A DNA stretch of 64,000 bases. Source: a virus. The stretch spans positions 64,001 through 128,000 of IMG/VR virus record IMGVR_UViG_3300045988_131721. One strand, given 5' to 3'. The position numbers and the translations under genes are program-made. Of this stretch, positions 1-8,528 are shown one piece after another (position 1 is the stretch's first letter; each line of letters starts with the position of its first letter). The notes beneath the pieces are model-generated. The model was not told the origin of the DNA and made no database searches. It saw only the letters and a list, made by a program, of their open reading frames with translations.

Positions 1-102
1 GATGTTAATAAAACTAATTTCAGTTTCTTTTGTAAATTCTTATGTTCTACAGCAGAATATTGTCAAGAATATCAAAAATATAATAAAACTAAAAGGAAAT
101 AA
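1..102 (+). CDS. 3' end of an ORF running off the left edge (...CQEYQKYNKTKRK*)
   Basis: Frame 1 is open from base 1 to TAA at 100-102. No motif recognised. Confidence 0.3.
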   Translation, partial: DVNKTNFSFFCKFLCSTAEYCQEYQKYNKTKRK

Positions 103-108
103 AAACTT

Positions 109-136
109 TTGTAAAAGAAATTGTAAATATTATAAA
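109..136 (+). promoter_or_regulatory. candidate sigma-A-like promoter (TTGTAA-16-TATAAA)
   Basis: TTGTAA 109-114 and TATAAA 131-136, upstream of ORF 263-598. Such matches are common in AT-rich DNA. Confidence 0.3.
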
Positions 137-262
137 CAAGTACAATATAGAAATTAATACCTTGTTATAGCCTTAGAATGGCGTTCTAAAAGGTGTATTA
201 AAAATATAAAGATAAAATTGTAATTTTATTTTAAAAGAAGATAAATGATTGGAGGAATAATT

Positions 263-598
263 ATGGCAAATTTAAATTGGGAATATAAAAATAAATTTAA
301 AGCAAGAGCAAGAAATGATATTAAAACAAGAGATGAAAGTAAAGTTTTATATAAAGCAGGAGAAACATTTGAATTTATAGTGACTGGTTATGGTGGTGAC
401 CATTTTGGAATTGATGAATGTGAAGGCGAAAAAGTTTATTGTAACATTTATTTTAAAGATATAGAATTTGCTTTAAATATGGATAAAGGTACTTATAGAA
501 CATATGATGATAATGGTAAGGTAATTGAAAATACTGTACCTAAAACATATGATTACATTTATTCATCAATATATGACGAAGAATATTCAGCTCATTAA
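263..598 (+). CDS. hypothetical protein
   Basis: ORF 245-598. GGAGG at 251-255 favours the ATG at 263 (MANLNWEYK...). Confidence 0.6.
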   Translation: MANLNWEYKNKFKARARNDIKTRDESKVLYKAGETFEFIVTGYGGDHFGIDECEGEKVYCNIYFKDIEFALNMDKGTYRTYDDNGKVIENTVPKTYDYIYSSIYDEEYSAH

Positions 599-851
599 AG
601 GACTAATTGTTAAGTAATTATATACGTAGAAATATGTATTCAAACATAATTAAACATTAAAAGATTAGGGTTAAAACTAACAAAAGAGGAGTCTAAATTA
701 TTAAAAGAATATAGCAAATATAAAGTAGAGGATTTGATAGGAATAGAAACTGAAATACAAGTTGTAACGGATATTATAGAGTTTATACTGCTTGGATTTC
801 CATTAGAATATTCTATTAAATTTTTATTGGAAGAAAATAATTAATAAACTA

Positions 852-882
852 TAGGTAATTTTGAAAGTAAAATTGTTAATAC
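852..882 (+). promoter_or_regulatory. bipartite promoter-like element, copy 1 of 7 (TAGGTAAT-N14-TGTTAATAC)
   Basis: TAGGTAAT 852-859 and TGTTAATAC 874-882 (an extended -10-like TGnTAATAY), followed by ATAATATAGGAAGGAG and the ATG at 908. Confidence 0.6.
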
Positions 883-907
883 GATAATATAGGAAGGAGA
901 TGATATT

Positions 908-1690
908 ATGGGAAGAGATAAAGTTGATAGAACAGGGGAAAGGAGTTGTAATAATTTCGGTAGTGAAATGATAATTGTTAAATGTAATAATGCACGTGAC
1001 ATAGATGTATATTTTCCTCAATATGATTGGATTGCTAGGAATAAACAATATAATCATTTTAAAAATGGTAAAATTAGTTGTCCATATGAACCTAGAGTAT
1101 TTGGAGTAGGATATATTGGTGAAGGTGAATATAAGGTATGGGAAAATTGTAAGTCTACTAGAGCCTATAAAAGTTGGAATCATATGTTAGAAAGGTGTTA
1201 TTCTGATAAATTTCATAAAAGAAATCCTACTTATGAAGATTGTGAGATTGATGAATCATTTCATAATTTTCAAAATTTTGGATATTGGGATGAAAACAAT
1301 TACTATCAAATCGAAGGAGAAAGAATGCATTTAGATAAGGATATACTCCACAAAGGAAACAAAATATATAGTCCCGAAACTTGTATTTATGTACCACAAA
1401 CTATAAATTCATTATTTATTAAAAGACAAAATGATAGAGGAGAATCAGCTATTGGTACAAGTCCTCATAAATGTGGGAAATATACAGTGTATTGTAGTTT
1501 AATCAATCCAGAAACAGGTAAATCAAAGAGTGAATATTTAGGTTTATATGACACACAAGAAAAAGGATTTGAGATTTATAAATACTATAAAGAAAGGAAT
1601 ATAAAACAAGTTGCAGATTATTATAAAGGACAGATACCCGAAAAGTTATATATAGCTTTATATAATTACGAAGTTGAAATAGACGATTAA
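908..1690 (+). CDS. homing-endonuclease-like / AP2-type DNA-binding protein, paralog 1 of 5
   Basis: 260 aa. Full-length similarity to the ORFs at 6461, 9796, 15620 and 19205. Shared blocks: NNFGSEMxI, DIDVYFP.YDW, GxGYxGEGxY, W.HML.RCY, H.FQNF, LDKDIL.K.NKIYSPETC, and an AP2-like C-terminus GKY.V.....G.SK.E.LG.Y.T.E.AFE.YK. No clean HNH or GIY-YIG catalytic motif seen. Confidence 0.65.
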   Translation: MGRDKVDRTGERSCNNFGSEMIIVKCNNARDIDVYFPQYDWIARNKQYNHFKNGKISCPYEPRVFGVGYIGEGEYKVWENCKSTRAYKSWNHMLERCYSDKFHKRNPTYEDCEIDESFHNFQNFGYWDENNYYQIEGERMHLDKDILHKGNKIYSPETCIYVPQTINSLFIKRQNDRGESAIGTSPHKCGKYTVYCSLINPETGKSKSEYLGLYDTQEKGFEIYKYYKERNIKQVADYYKGQIPEKLYIALYNYEVEIDD

Positions 1691-1708
1691 TATAGGAGGT
1701 GGTAATGG

Positions 1709-3505
1709 ATGTCAAAAAAAACCAGATTAATATTTTATGACTTTGAAGTATTTAAAGAGGATTGGTTAGTTTGTTTAACCGATTATTCTACAAAACAAGA
1801 ATGTGTTATTGTAAATGACAGAAATAAATTAATAAGGCTTTATAATAAATTCAAAGACAATACTATATTTATTGGATTTAACAATAGACATTATGACGAC
1901 GTGATATTTAAAGGTATATTAATGAATATGAATCCAAAAGAAATCAATGATAAATTAATAGAAGGGAAAAAACCTCACGAAATATCTAGAACGTTTAATA
2001 AAATTAAACTATATAGTTATGACACTTTAATTTTAAATAAAAGTTTAAAACAACTTGAATTATTTATGGGTAGTAATATAAAAGAAACAGATGTGCCATT
2101 TGATATAGATAGAAAACTAACAATGAAAGAAATAGAAGAAACAATTAAATATTGTAAACATGACGTTAGTGAGACAATAAAAGTATTTGAAGCTACAATA
2201 AATGATTTTAAAGCACATAAATCTTTAATTGAAAAATTTAATTTACCTATCAATTCATTTTCCAAAACTAAAGCTAAACTTAGTGCTGAAATATTAGAAG
2301 CTGAAAGACAACATGGAGTTACGGATGGGTTAGAATATGAATTTTTACCAACTATAAAATTGAATAAATATAAATATATTCAAGATTGGTTTGATACTCA
2401 TAGAGAATATACTTATGTAAATGAAAAAGGAACTAATAAAAAAATGCAACTGGAAACTGAAGTATTTGGTATAAATACAATATATGGCTTTGGAGGATTA
2501 CATTCTGCTAGAAAAAAATATTTTCACAAAGTAGAAGAAAATGAATTAATAGTTCACAGTGATGTTGCAAGTTTTTACCCTTCCATAATGCGTAATTATA
2601 AATTATTAAGTAGAGCAGTACATAAACCCGAAAAATTTAATGAAATTATGGATGAACGTCTACGCTTAAAAGCTTTAGGTGACAAAAAAGGACAAGCACC
2701 CCTAAAAATAGTCATCAACGCTACATACGGAATATGCAAAGATAAATGGAGTAAAATGTTTGATGAAAAAAGAGCAAATGAAATATGTATAAATTGTCAG
2801 TTATTTTTGACAGATTTACTTGAGAAATTAGAAACAAGTAATCTTGATTTAGAACTTATACAGGCAAATACAGATGGTATAATCGTTTTATTAAGAAACA
2901 AAAATGAATTTGAACAATATAAAGCAATTTGTCAAGAATGGGAAATACGTACTGGATTTAAACTAGAACATGATTTAATTAAAAACATAATGCAAAAAGA
3001 TGTAAACAATTATATATTTGAATTTGAAAATGGTAAACTTGAAAGAAAAGGAGCATATGTGAAAGAATATTCACTTATAGATAATAATTTATCTATAATC
3101 ACAGATGCTGTGGTAGAATATTTATTACATGAAACTCCTGTAGAAGAAACAATTAATAATTGTGACGAACTCATAAAATTCCAAATGTGTTGTAAGATAG
3201 GAAGTACATACAATTACATGATGTGGGGTGATAAAATATTAAATACAAAATGTAATAGAGTATTCGCAACAACGAAAGATTTACCAGGATTATCAAAAGT
3301 AAAATGTAATTTTAAAAATAAAAAAGGTGAAGTAGCAGATAAAATAGAAAAAGTAGCTAGCACACCAGAAAAAGTTATGATATACAATGAAGAAGTAATA
3401 GATAAATCAGTGTTAGAAGTTTTACCAGAATTAGATAAACAATTTTATATTGATTTGGCTAAAAAAAGACTTAAAGATTTTGGTATAAAATTTATTAAAT
3501 CATAG
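1709..3505 (+). CDS. DNA polymerase, family B (3'-5' exonuclease + polymerase domains)
   Basis: 598 aa. Exo-like motifs YDFEV, NNRHYDD and YCKHDV. Family-B motif A DVASFYPS, motif B KIVINATYG, motif C NTDG. GGAGG lies 9 nt upstream of the ATG. Confidence 0.85.
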   Translation: MSKKTRLIFYDFEVFKEDWLVCLTDYSTKQECVIVNDRNKLIRLYNKFKDNTIFIGFNNRHYDDVIFKGILMNMNPKEINDKLIEGKKPHEISRTFNKIKLYSYDTLILNKSLKQLELFMGSNIKETDVPFDIDRKLTMKEIEETIKYCKHDVSETIKVFEATINDFKAHKSLIEKFNLPINSFSKTKAKLSAEILEAERQHGVTDGLEYEFLPTIKLNKYKYIQDWFDTHREYTYVNEKGTNKKMQLETEVFGINTIYGFGGLHSARKKYFHKVEENELIVHSDVASFYPSIMRNYKLLSRAVHKPEKFNEIMDERLRLKALGDKKGQAPLKIVINATYGICKDKWSKMFDEKRANEICINCQLFLTDLLEKLETSNLDLELIQANTDGIIVLLRNKNEFEQYKAICQEWEIRTGFKLEHDLIKNIMQKDVNNYIFEFENGKLERKGAYVKEYSLIDNNLSIITDAVVEYLLHETPVEETINNCDELIKFQMCCKIGSTYNYMMWGDKILNTKCNRVFATTKDLPGLSKVKCNFKNKKGEVADKIEKVASTPEKVMIYNEEVIDKSVLEVLPELDKQFYIDLAKKRLKDFGIKFIKS

Positions 3506-3533
3506 GTAATTTTTAAATAACTTTAGTTAATAT
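3503..3533 (+). promoter_or_regulatory. bipartite promoter-like element, copy 2 of 7
   Basis: TAGGTAAT 3503-3510, N14, AGTTAATAT 3525-3533. Followed by TAATATAAGGAGG and two ATG-TAA mini-ORFs. Confidence 0.55.
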
Positions 3534-3610
3534 AGTAATATAAGGAGGCGATAAAAATGTAAAATGTAAATAAAATATTAATAAAAATAACAAATAAGGA
3601 GGAGAATAAT

Positions 3611-3964
3611 ATGTATTGTATTAAAAATATAGACCATATAAAAATAAATGACTTATATTTAAGGACTATAAATGGTTATAAAATTTATAAAAAAGGAAAA
3701 GATGTATTATTATATATAGATAATGAAGTATTTACAAACGAAATAAGAAAATTTTTATTAAGTGTTATCACCAATAGTAATAATTTGTATAATATATCTA
3801 TAGTAGAAACAACAATAGACGATATGGGTGTTACAAATAAATTAAAAACAATTTTTCTATGCGAAATAGCAGAAGGTACAATATATGAAAAAAAATATGA
3901 TGAAATATCAAATACAATACCGATATTTAAAGTAATAAATGTTTATGAAAGCGAGGTAGAATAA
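3611..3964 (+). CDS. hypothetical protein (paralog of 4569-4925)
   Basis: 117 aa with a GGAGG SD. Aligns with the 4569 ORF (INGYKIYKKGKDVLLYIDNEVFTNE vs VNGYEIIKKDDGLYLDINNEVFTDE; C-terminus CEIAEGTIY...IPIFKVINVYE vs CKITEGTLF...LPLFKIIDMHYE). Confidence 0.75.
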   Translation: MYCIKNIDHIKINDLYLRTINGYKIYKKGKDVLLYIDNEVFTNEIRKFLLSVITNSNNLYNISIVETTIDDMGVTNKLKTIFLCEIAEGTIYEKKYDEISNTIPIFKVINVYESEVE

Positions 3965-4267
3965 ATGTTATTAAAAATATATGGAGCGATTACAATACTA
4001 AATATAATATTAGGAGAAAAACTTAGATTTGATTTAAAGAAAAATACAAAATTTGTTGAAGAGTTGGTAACACATCAATTAGGAAGAGTAATATATAACA
4101 GATATATCAAACGAAGCAAATTAATAATAAATTCTATATTACCTATTTATAATTTATTTTCTGTATTTGAAAGCAACATGTTTTTTATATTCAATATATT
4201 TAGTACCAAGGAAGGTAATGACGCAATGTTAAAAGTATTAAAAGATTCTGAAAATGAAAATAATTAA
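3965..4267 (+). CDS. hypothetical protein
   Basis: 100-aa ORF abutting the previous stop, with GAGGT 8 nt upstream. Confidence 0.55.
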   Translation: MLLKIYGAITILNIILGEKLRFDLKKNTKFVEELVTHQLGRVIYNRYIKRSKLIINSILPIYNLFSVFESNMFFIFNIFSTKEGNDAMLKVLKDSENENN

Positions 4268-4283
4268 TAAAGGAGGATTTATT

Positions 4284-4535
4284 ATGGATAAATTAGAATA
4301 CGAAATAAACGTATTAAAACCAAAAGAAGGAGATATAGTTTTATTTAGATATAAAACAATTGACGGAGAACCAATAGCTACGGACGAAGAACTTTCAGAT
4401 TTTCATAATCGTGCTAGAAAAATATTCAATGGTGACGTAATTACTTTACCAGATTATATAAACGTAGATTTGGTAGATAAAAAATTCTTAGAAGATTCAA
4501 TAAAAGCTATGCAAGAAATATTAGATAGAATATAA
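4284..4535 (+). CDS. hypothetical protein
   Basis: ORF 4254-4535. AGGAGG at 4271-4276 favours the ATG at 4284 (MDKLEYEINV...). Confidence 0.65.
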   Translation: MDKLEYEINVLKPKEGDIVLFRYKTIDGEPIATDEELSDFHNRARKIFNGDVITLPDYINVDLVDKKFLEDSIKAMQEILDRI

Positions 4536-4537
4536 TA

Positions 4538-4574
4538 AAAATAATTAATAAAAAAGGAGAATGATAATATGATG
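4538..4574 (+). repeat. direct repeat copy 1 (linker + SD + ATGATG)
   Basis: AAAATAATTAATAAAAAAGGAGAATGATAATATGATG. Identical to 4929-4966 except for one extra A in the A-run there. Confidence 0.9.
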
Positions 4575-4925
4575 TTTATAATTGATAAAAATAAAAAAGC
4601 CATAATAAAAGGTGTTGAAATAGACACAGTAAATGGTTATGAAATAATCAAAAAAGATGATGGTTTATACTTAGATATAAATAATGAGGTATTTACAGAT
4701 GAATCTTATAAGTTATTCCTTGAAATGATTAGAGCAGAAATAAAGAAAGGTGATTTATATGAAATAATATTAGAAGATGAAATTGTAGATACTGAAAGAA
4801 AAAAAGATATTGTGAAAACACATTATATTTGCAAGATAACAGAAGGAACATTATTTAAAGTAAATTATAAAAACCCAGGTGTAACACTCCCTTTATTTAA
4901 AATAATCGACATGCATTATGAGTAA
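4569..4925 (+). CDS. hypothetical protein (paralog of 3611-3964)
   Basis: 118 aa with an SD GGAGA. See 3611-3964 for the alignment. Confidence 0.75.
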   Translation: MMFIIDKNKKAIIKGVEIDTVNGYEIIKKDDGLYLDINNEVFTDESYKLFLEMIRAEIKKGDLYEIILEDEIVDTERKKDIVKTHYICKITEGTLFKVNYKNPGVTLPLFKIIDMHYE

Positions 4926-4928
4926 TAC

Positions 4929-4966
4929 AAAATAATTAATAAAAAAAGGAGAATGATAATATGATG
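4929..4966 (+). repeat. direct repeat copy 2 (linker + SD + ATGATG)
   Basis: Same sequence as 4538-4574 with A7 instead of A6. Here it precedes thyX. Confidence 0.9.
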
Positions 4967-5698
4967 AAAGTAAAATTAATTGGGAAATATGGAAATGTAG
5001 AAGAAGTTATAGCTATGGCAGGTAAATTATGTTATAGTCCTGTAGGTATAGACGAATTAGAAGAAGGTTTAACAGAAGATAAAATACAAGGTTTTATAAA
5101 AAGATTAATAGATATGGGGCATGAGTCTCCATTAGAACATTGTAGTTTTTCATTTGCAGTGGAAGGTGTTAGTAGAGCTTTAACTCATCAATTAGTAAGA
5201 CATAGAATAGCATCTTACAGTCAACAATCTCAAAGATATGTTAAGGAAGAAGAAGGTAAATTTGAATTTATAACTCCTAGTATAATTAAAGAAATGGGAG
5301 AAGATTATGTTAAAGAATACGAAAATGATATGCACTCAATTCATGCTATGTATTTAAAATGGCAAAAAAATATAAAACAATATGTTGAAGAAAATGATTA
5401 TCCTACTTATGGTATGAATTCAACTAAAGTGGCTAATGAAAATGCAAGATATGTTTTACCTAATGCTTCAGAAACTAAAATAATAGTTACAATGAATGTT
5501 AGAAGTTTATATAATTTCTTTAATAAAAGATGTTGCAATAGAGCACAAGAAGAAATTAGAGAACTTGCAGAGAAAATGTTAGAAATATGCAGAGAAGAAG
5601 CACCATTATTATTTAGTAAAATAGGTGCGCCTTGTCAATATGGGTCTTGTCCAGAAGGTAAAATGAATTGTGGAAGTCCAAAAGAGAGATTAATATAA
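4961..5698 (+). CDS. thyX: FAD-dependent thymidylate synthase ThyX
   Basis: 245 aa. Carries the ThyX signature RHRIASYSQQSQRY (RHRxxSxxxxSxR), preceded by HESPLEH. Confidence 0.9.
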   Translation: MMKVKLIGKYGNVEEVIAMAGKLCYSPVGIDELEEGLTEDKIQGFIKRLIDMGHESPLEHCSFSFAVEGVSRALTHQLVRHRIASYSQQSQRYVKEEEGKFEFITPSIIKEMGEDYVKEYENDMHSIHAMYLKWQKNIKQYVEENDYPTYGMNSTKVANENARYVLPNASETKIIVTMNVRSLYNFFNKRCCNRAQEEIRELAEKMLEICREEAPLLFSKIGAPCQYGSCPEGKMNCGSPKERLI

Positions 5699-5714
5699 AT
5701 GGAGATGAAGTAGT

Positions 5715-6456
5715 ATGATTGAAAAAAATGTAATATATAATACAGACTGTTTTTCCTTAATGGAACAAATGGTTGAAGAAAATTTTAAAGTGGATGTTAT
5801 ACTGACTCAAAGTCCTCCCTAGCCTATCTAAGGAGGACTACATAAATCTATTTCAACACTTTAATAAAATATTAATTGATAATGGAACAGTGTTAATTGA
5901 AATCCCATATAATAGAAAAAAACCAAGTTATGTGTTTCAAATAATAAATGAAATAGAAATGAATACGGAATTTATGTTAGGTGACATTATATATTGGAAT
6001 AAAACTGACATTCTTCCAGATAATATGAGTTGTAATCAATCAACAAAAAATATATCACAAATACATTTATTTTGCAGAAAGAATGAATTTAAAACTTACA
6101 AGACTAATAAAATAGTTAAAAGCCACAGAGAGAACGGACAAAGAACATATACTAATATATCTAATATAATTAATGCACCAGTTAGAGATAAAGGTGTTAA
6201 AACATTCAATCATAAAGTATTTTCAACTGAATTAGTTAAAGAATTGTTATATAAATATGTGAAAAAAAGAGGAATTGTCTTTGATTGTTTTCTTGGGACT
6301 GGAACTGTGGCAGTAGCAACAATTAATAAAAATATTTATTATATTGCAAGTGAAATAGACAAGGAGCAAGTAGAGTATGCTAGAATAAGAGTGTTGAAAA
6401 GAAAGAAAGAAATAAAGAAGGAGTATTATAAAAATTATAAAAGAAAGAAGGAATGA
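5715..6456 (+). pseudogene. beta-class DNA methyltransferase (SPP motif IV before FxGxG motif I), interrupted by a stop and +1 frame change at 5817-5822
   Basis: The N-terminal fragment MIEKNVIYNTDCFSLMEQMVEENFKVDVILTQSPP ends at TAG 5820-5822. The +1 frame continues SLSKEDYINLFQHFNKILIDNGTVLIEI...HKVFSTELVKELLYKYVKKRGIVFDCFLGTGTVAVA...EIDKEQVEYARIR. The order motif IV then motif I is typical of N4-C/N6-A beta-class MTases. Confidence 0.75.
5811..5839 (+). repeat. 8-bp inverted repeat enclosing the methyltransferase frame break
   Basis: AGTCCTCC (5811-5818), 13-nt loop CTAGCCTATCTAA, then GGAGGACT (5832-5839). Confidence 0.85.
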
Positions 6457-6460
6457 TATT

Positions 6461-7237
6461 ATGGGGAGTAAAATTGACAGAACTGGTGAGAAAAATATTA
6501 ATAATTTTGGAAGTGAAATGGTTATTGTTGAATACAAAAAATACTCTGATATAGATGTTTATTTCCCAGAATATGACTGGACAACTAAAAATAATACATA
6601 CCAAAATTTTAAAAATGGTAAAATCAAATCACCTTATGATAAAAGCGTATTTGGTGTTGGATATTTAGGGGAGGGAGAATATGAGAGTAGAGAAAATGGT
6701 AAGCTTACTAAAGTTTATGCTACTTGGTGTCATATGTTAGAAAGGTGTTATTATGAAAAATATCACAAAAGGTATCCTACATATATAGATTGCAAAGTAA
6801 GTGAAGAATGGCATAACTTTCAAAATTTTGCTAAATGGTATGAAAACAATTATTATGAAGTTGAAGGAGAAATAATGTGTTTAGATAAGGATATTTTGAT
6901 AAAACATAATAAAATATATAGTCCAGAAACTTGTATTTTTGTGCCACAAACAATTAATACTTTATTTGTTAAAAATAATAAAAATCGAGGCAATTCAGTT
7001 ATAGGTACAAGTCCTATGAATGGTAAATATATGGTGACTTGTAGTATGTTCGACTTTAAAACTGGTAAGTCTAAAAATGAATATTTAGGAAGGTATAAAA
7101 CACAAGAAAAAGCATTTGAAGTATACAAATATTATAAAGAAAAGAATATTAAACAAATAGCAGATTATTTTAAAGAACAAATACCTATTCAACTATATAA
7201 TACTTTATATAATTATATAGTTGAAATTACAGATTAG
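6461..7237 (+). CDS. homing-endonuclease-like / AP2-type DNA-binding protein, paralog 2 of 5
   Basis: 258 aa. Same conserved blocks as 908-1690. Confidence 0.65.
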   Translation: MGSKIDRTGEKNINNFGSEMVIVEYKKYSDIDVYFPEYDWTTKNNTYQNFKNGKIKSPYDKSVFGVGYLGEGEYESRENGKLTKVYATWCHMLERCYYEKYHKRYPTYIDCKVSEEWHNFQNFAKWYENNYYEVEGEIMCLDKDILIKHNKIYSPETCIFVPQTINTLFVKNNKNRGNSVIGTSPMNGKYMVTCSMFDFKTGKSKNEYLGRYKTQEKAFEVYKYYKEKNIKQIADYFKEQIPIQLYNTLYNYIVEITD

Positions 7238-7263
7238 AAATAATTAATAAATTAAAAAAACTA

Positions 7264-7292
7264 TTGACATTAATCACCTCATGTGTTATTAT
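7264..7292 (+). promoter_or_regulatory. strong sigma-A-type promoter (TTGACA-17-TGnTATTAT)
   Basis: TTGACA 7264-7269, a 17-nt spacer, TG at 7284-7285 and TATTAT 7287-7292. Confidence 0.7.
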
Positions 7293-7311
7293 CTATATAA
7301 GAGGTGATTAA
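7270..7311 (+). promoter_or_regulatory. 11-bp perfect inverted repeat pairing an anti-SD with the SD of the downstream gene
   Basis: TTAATCACCTC 7270-7280 and GAGGTGATTAA 7301-7311. The left arm lies in the promoter spacer and the right arm contains the SD. Confidence 0.8.
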
Positions 7312-7312
7312 T

Positions 7313-8428
7313 GTGAAAATAATAAATAAAAATAATATTTATAAAGAAAATGAAAAAGAATTTTTCGTACTTAAAACTTTTAAAGACGTAATAGATTTAG
7401 GAAATAACAAATATCTCACACACCTATCGGCAGAAGAGATTGGTAGAATGTGGGATAAGGAGGAATTGACATATTATACTCCTACTCAACGTGGAGTGAA
7501 ATATAAGAAAATTAATAATAAAATAAAAGAAGAAACAATAACAAAACAATCAAACATATTAGAAATGCAGAATTTAATATTAAAAGGACAACTAGGAACT
7601 ACTCAATTAACATTCAATGTGCTTGATAATGGTAAAGGATTAATTAATTATAATAAAGATAAAAGAGAACTTTTTATTAAAGGAAGTATAGCTTTATTAG
7701 ACGGAAATCATAGGGTTAAAGCATGTTACCGAGCTTATAAATCTTCTCAAATACTTGGCGATGAAGAGTTAATTAAGAATGTGAAAAATACTATATTCCC
7801 CGTTATAATTTTACATTATGAAGATTCAAAAGCCAAGATTGTATTTTCTCAAATGTCTAAAGGATTAAAAATAAGTAAATCTTTAGCTGAATCATTCGAT
7901 AGTACAAAAGCTAGCAATCGAATCATATTAAGATTAAATGAACATTCTGTTCTTAAAGGTATGATTGACGTAAGAAAAAATAGCGTAAGCAAAGATGACA
8001 TGGAACATATAGTAACTTTTAATACCCTAAAAATGGCTATCGATACTTCGTTCCCCTCAATTAAAAATGAATCGGAAGAGAAGGAAATATATATGTTTTT
8101 ATCTTCATTTTTCAATGAACTATTTTGTTTATTCCCCCACATGAAAGATGGAGAAGGACGTATATTAATTAGAAAAGAATCATTAGAATGTGAAGATATT
8201 ATGTTCCATGCTTATATATCACTAGCAGAAGATTTATACATGAAGCGAAAATCTGGCAAGTGGAAAGAAGAGTTAAAAGCTTTAGAAGAAATAGATTTTT
8301 CAAAATCTAATAGTATTTGGGATTGCATAATTAAAGAAGGGAAAGAATCTTACATCACAATTAACACTAAACAATCAAGAGCATTAATGATAAGAGTGTT
8401 TAAACAAGAATTCTATAGTAATTTATAA
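7313..8428 (+). CDS. ParB/sulfiredoxin-superfamily protein, DGQHR/DndB-like
   Basis: About 371 aa. Has the LLDGNHRVKACYRAY (DGxHR) motif, with TPTQRG upstream of it. GTG at 7313 lies 5 nt after GAGGTGA; the in-frame GTG at 7304 is embedded in the SD. The gene has its own promoter and terminator. Confidence 0.6.
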   Translation: MKIINKNNIYKENEKEFFVLKTFKDVIDLGNNKYLTHLSAEEIGRMWDKEELTYYTPTQRGVKYKKINNKIKEETITKQSNILEMQNLILKGQLGTTQLTFNVLDNGKGLINYNKDKRELFIKGSIALLDGNHRVKACYRAYKSSQILGDEELIKNVKNTIFPVIILHYEDSKAKIVFSQMSKGLKISKSLAESFDSTKASNRIILRLNEHSVLKGMIDVRKNSVSKDDMEHIVTFNTLKMAIDTSFPSIKNESEEKEIYMFLSSFFNELFCLFPHMKDGEGRILIRKESLECEDIMFHAYISLAEDLYMKRKSGKWKEELKALEEIDFSKSNSIWDCIIKEGKESYITINTKQSRALMIRVFKQEFYSNL

Positions 8429-8433
8429 TTTCA

Positions 8434-8464
8434 TCACCATCTTTACAGATGGTGAATTTTTATT
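8434..8464 (+). terminator. rho-independent terminator
   Basis: TCACCATCT-TTAC-AGATGGTGA (9-bp stem) followed by ATTTTTATT. Confidence 0.8.
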
Positions 8465-8469
8465 ATTCA

Positions 8470-8500
8470 TAGGTAATTTTAGACTAACAATTGTTAATAC
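8470..8500 (+). promoter_or_regulatory. bipartite promoter-like element, copy 3 of 7
   Basis: TAGGTAAT 8470-8477, N14, TGTTAATAC 8492-8500, then TAATATAAGGAAGGAGG. Confidence 0.6.
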
Positions 8501-8528
8501 TGTAATATAAGGAAGGAGGTAGTTGATT

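Noticed and set aside
170-179. The 10-mer GCCTTAGAAT is shared between 170-179 and 20087-20096, raising the possibility of arm-boundary or att/cos-related repeats.
   Set aside because: It is a single short match with no extended similarity in the flanks, which is compatible with chance in 64 kb.
650-844. An open frame of about 64 codons (...LTKEESKLLKEYSKYKVEDLIGIETEIQVVTDIIEFILLGFPLEYSIKFLLEENN*) in the gap before paralog 1.
   Set aside because: It has no ATG, GTG or TTG start and no SD anywhere in the open stretch. It may be a remnant of a gene truncated by insertion of the neighbouring endonuclease-like gene, but I cannot support it as a CDS.
824-1183. Minus-strand ORF (119 aa) and similar antisense ORFs opposite real genes. 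Examples: 1503-1715, 2017-2265, 6247-6604, 9751-9945, 18010-18339 and 19019-19294 on the minus strand; 21539-21904, 23571-23879, 44781-45210, 45147-45434, 54994-55217, 57962-58174, 60447-60731 and 62849-63118 on the plus strand.
   Set aside because: These are shadow ORFs of AT-rich coding regions. They have low-complexity I/F/L/S-rich translations and no SD, and each fully overlaps an ORF with clear homology or synteny on the other strand.
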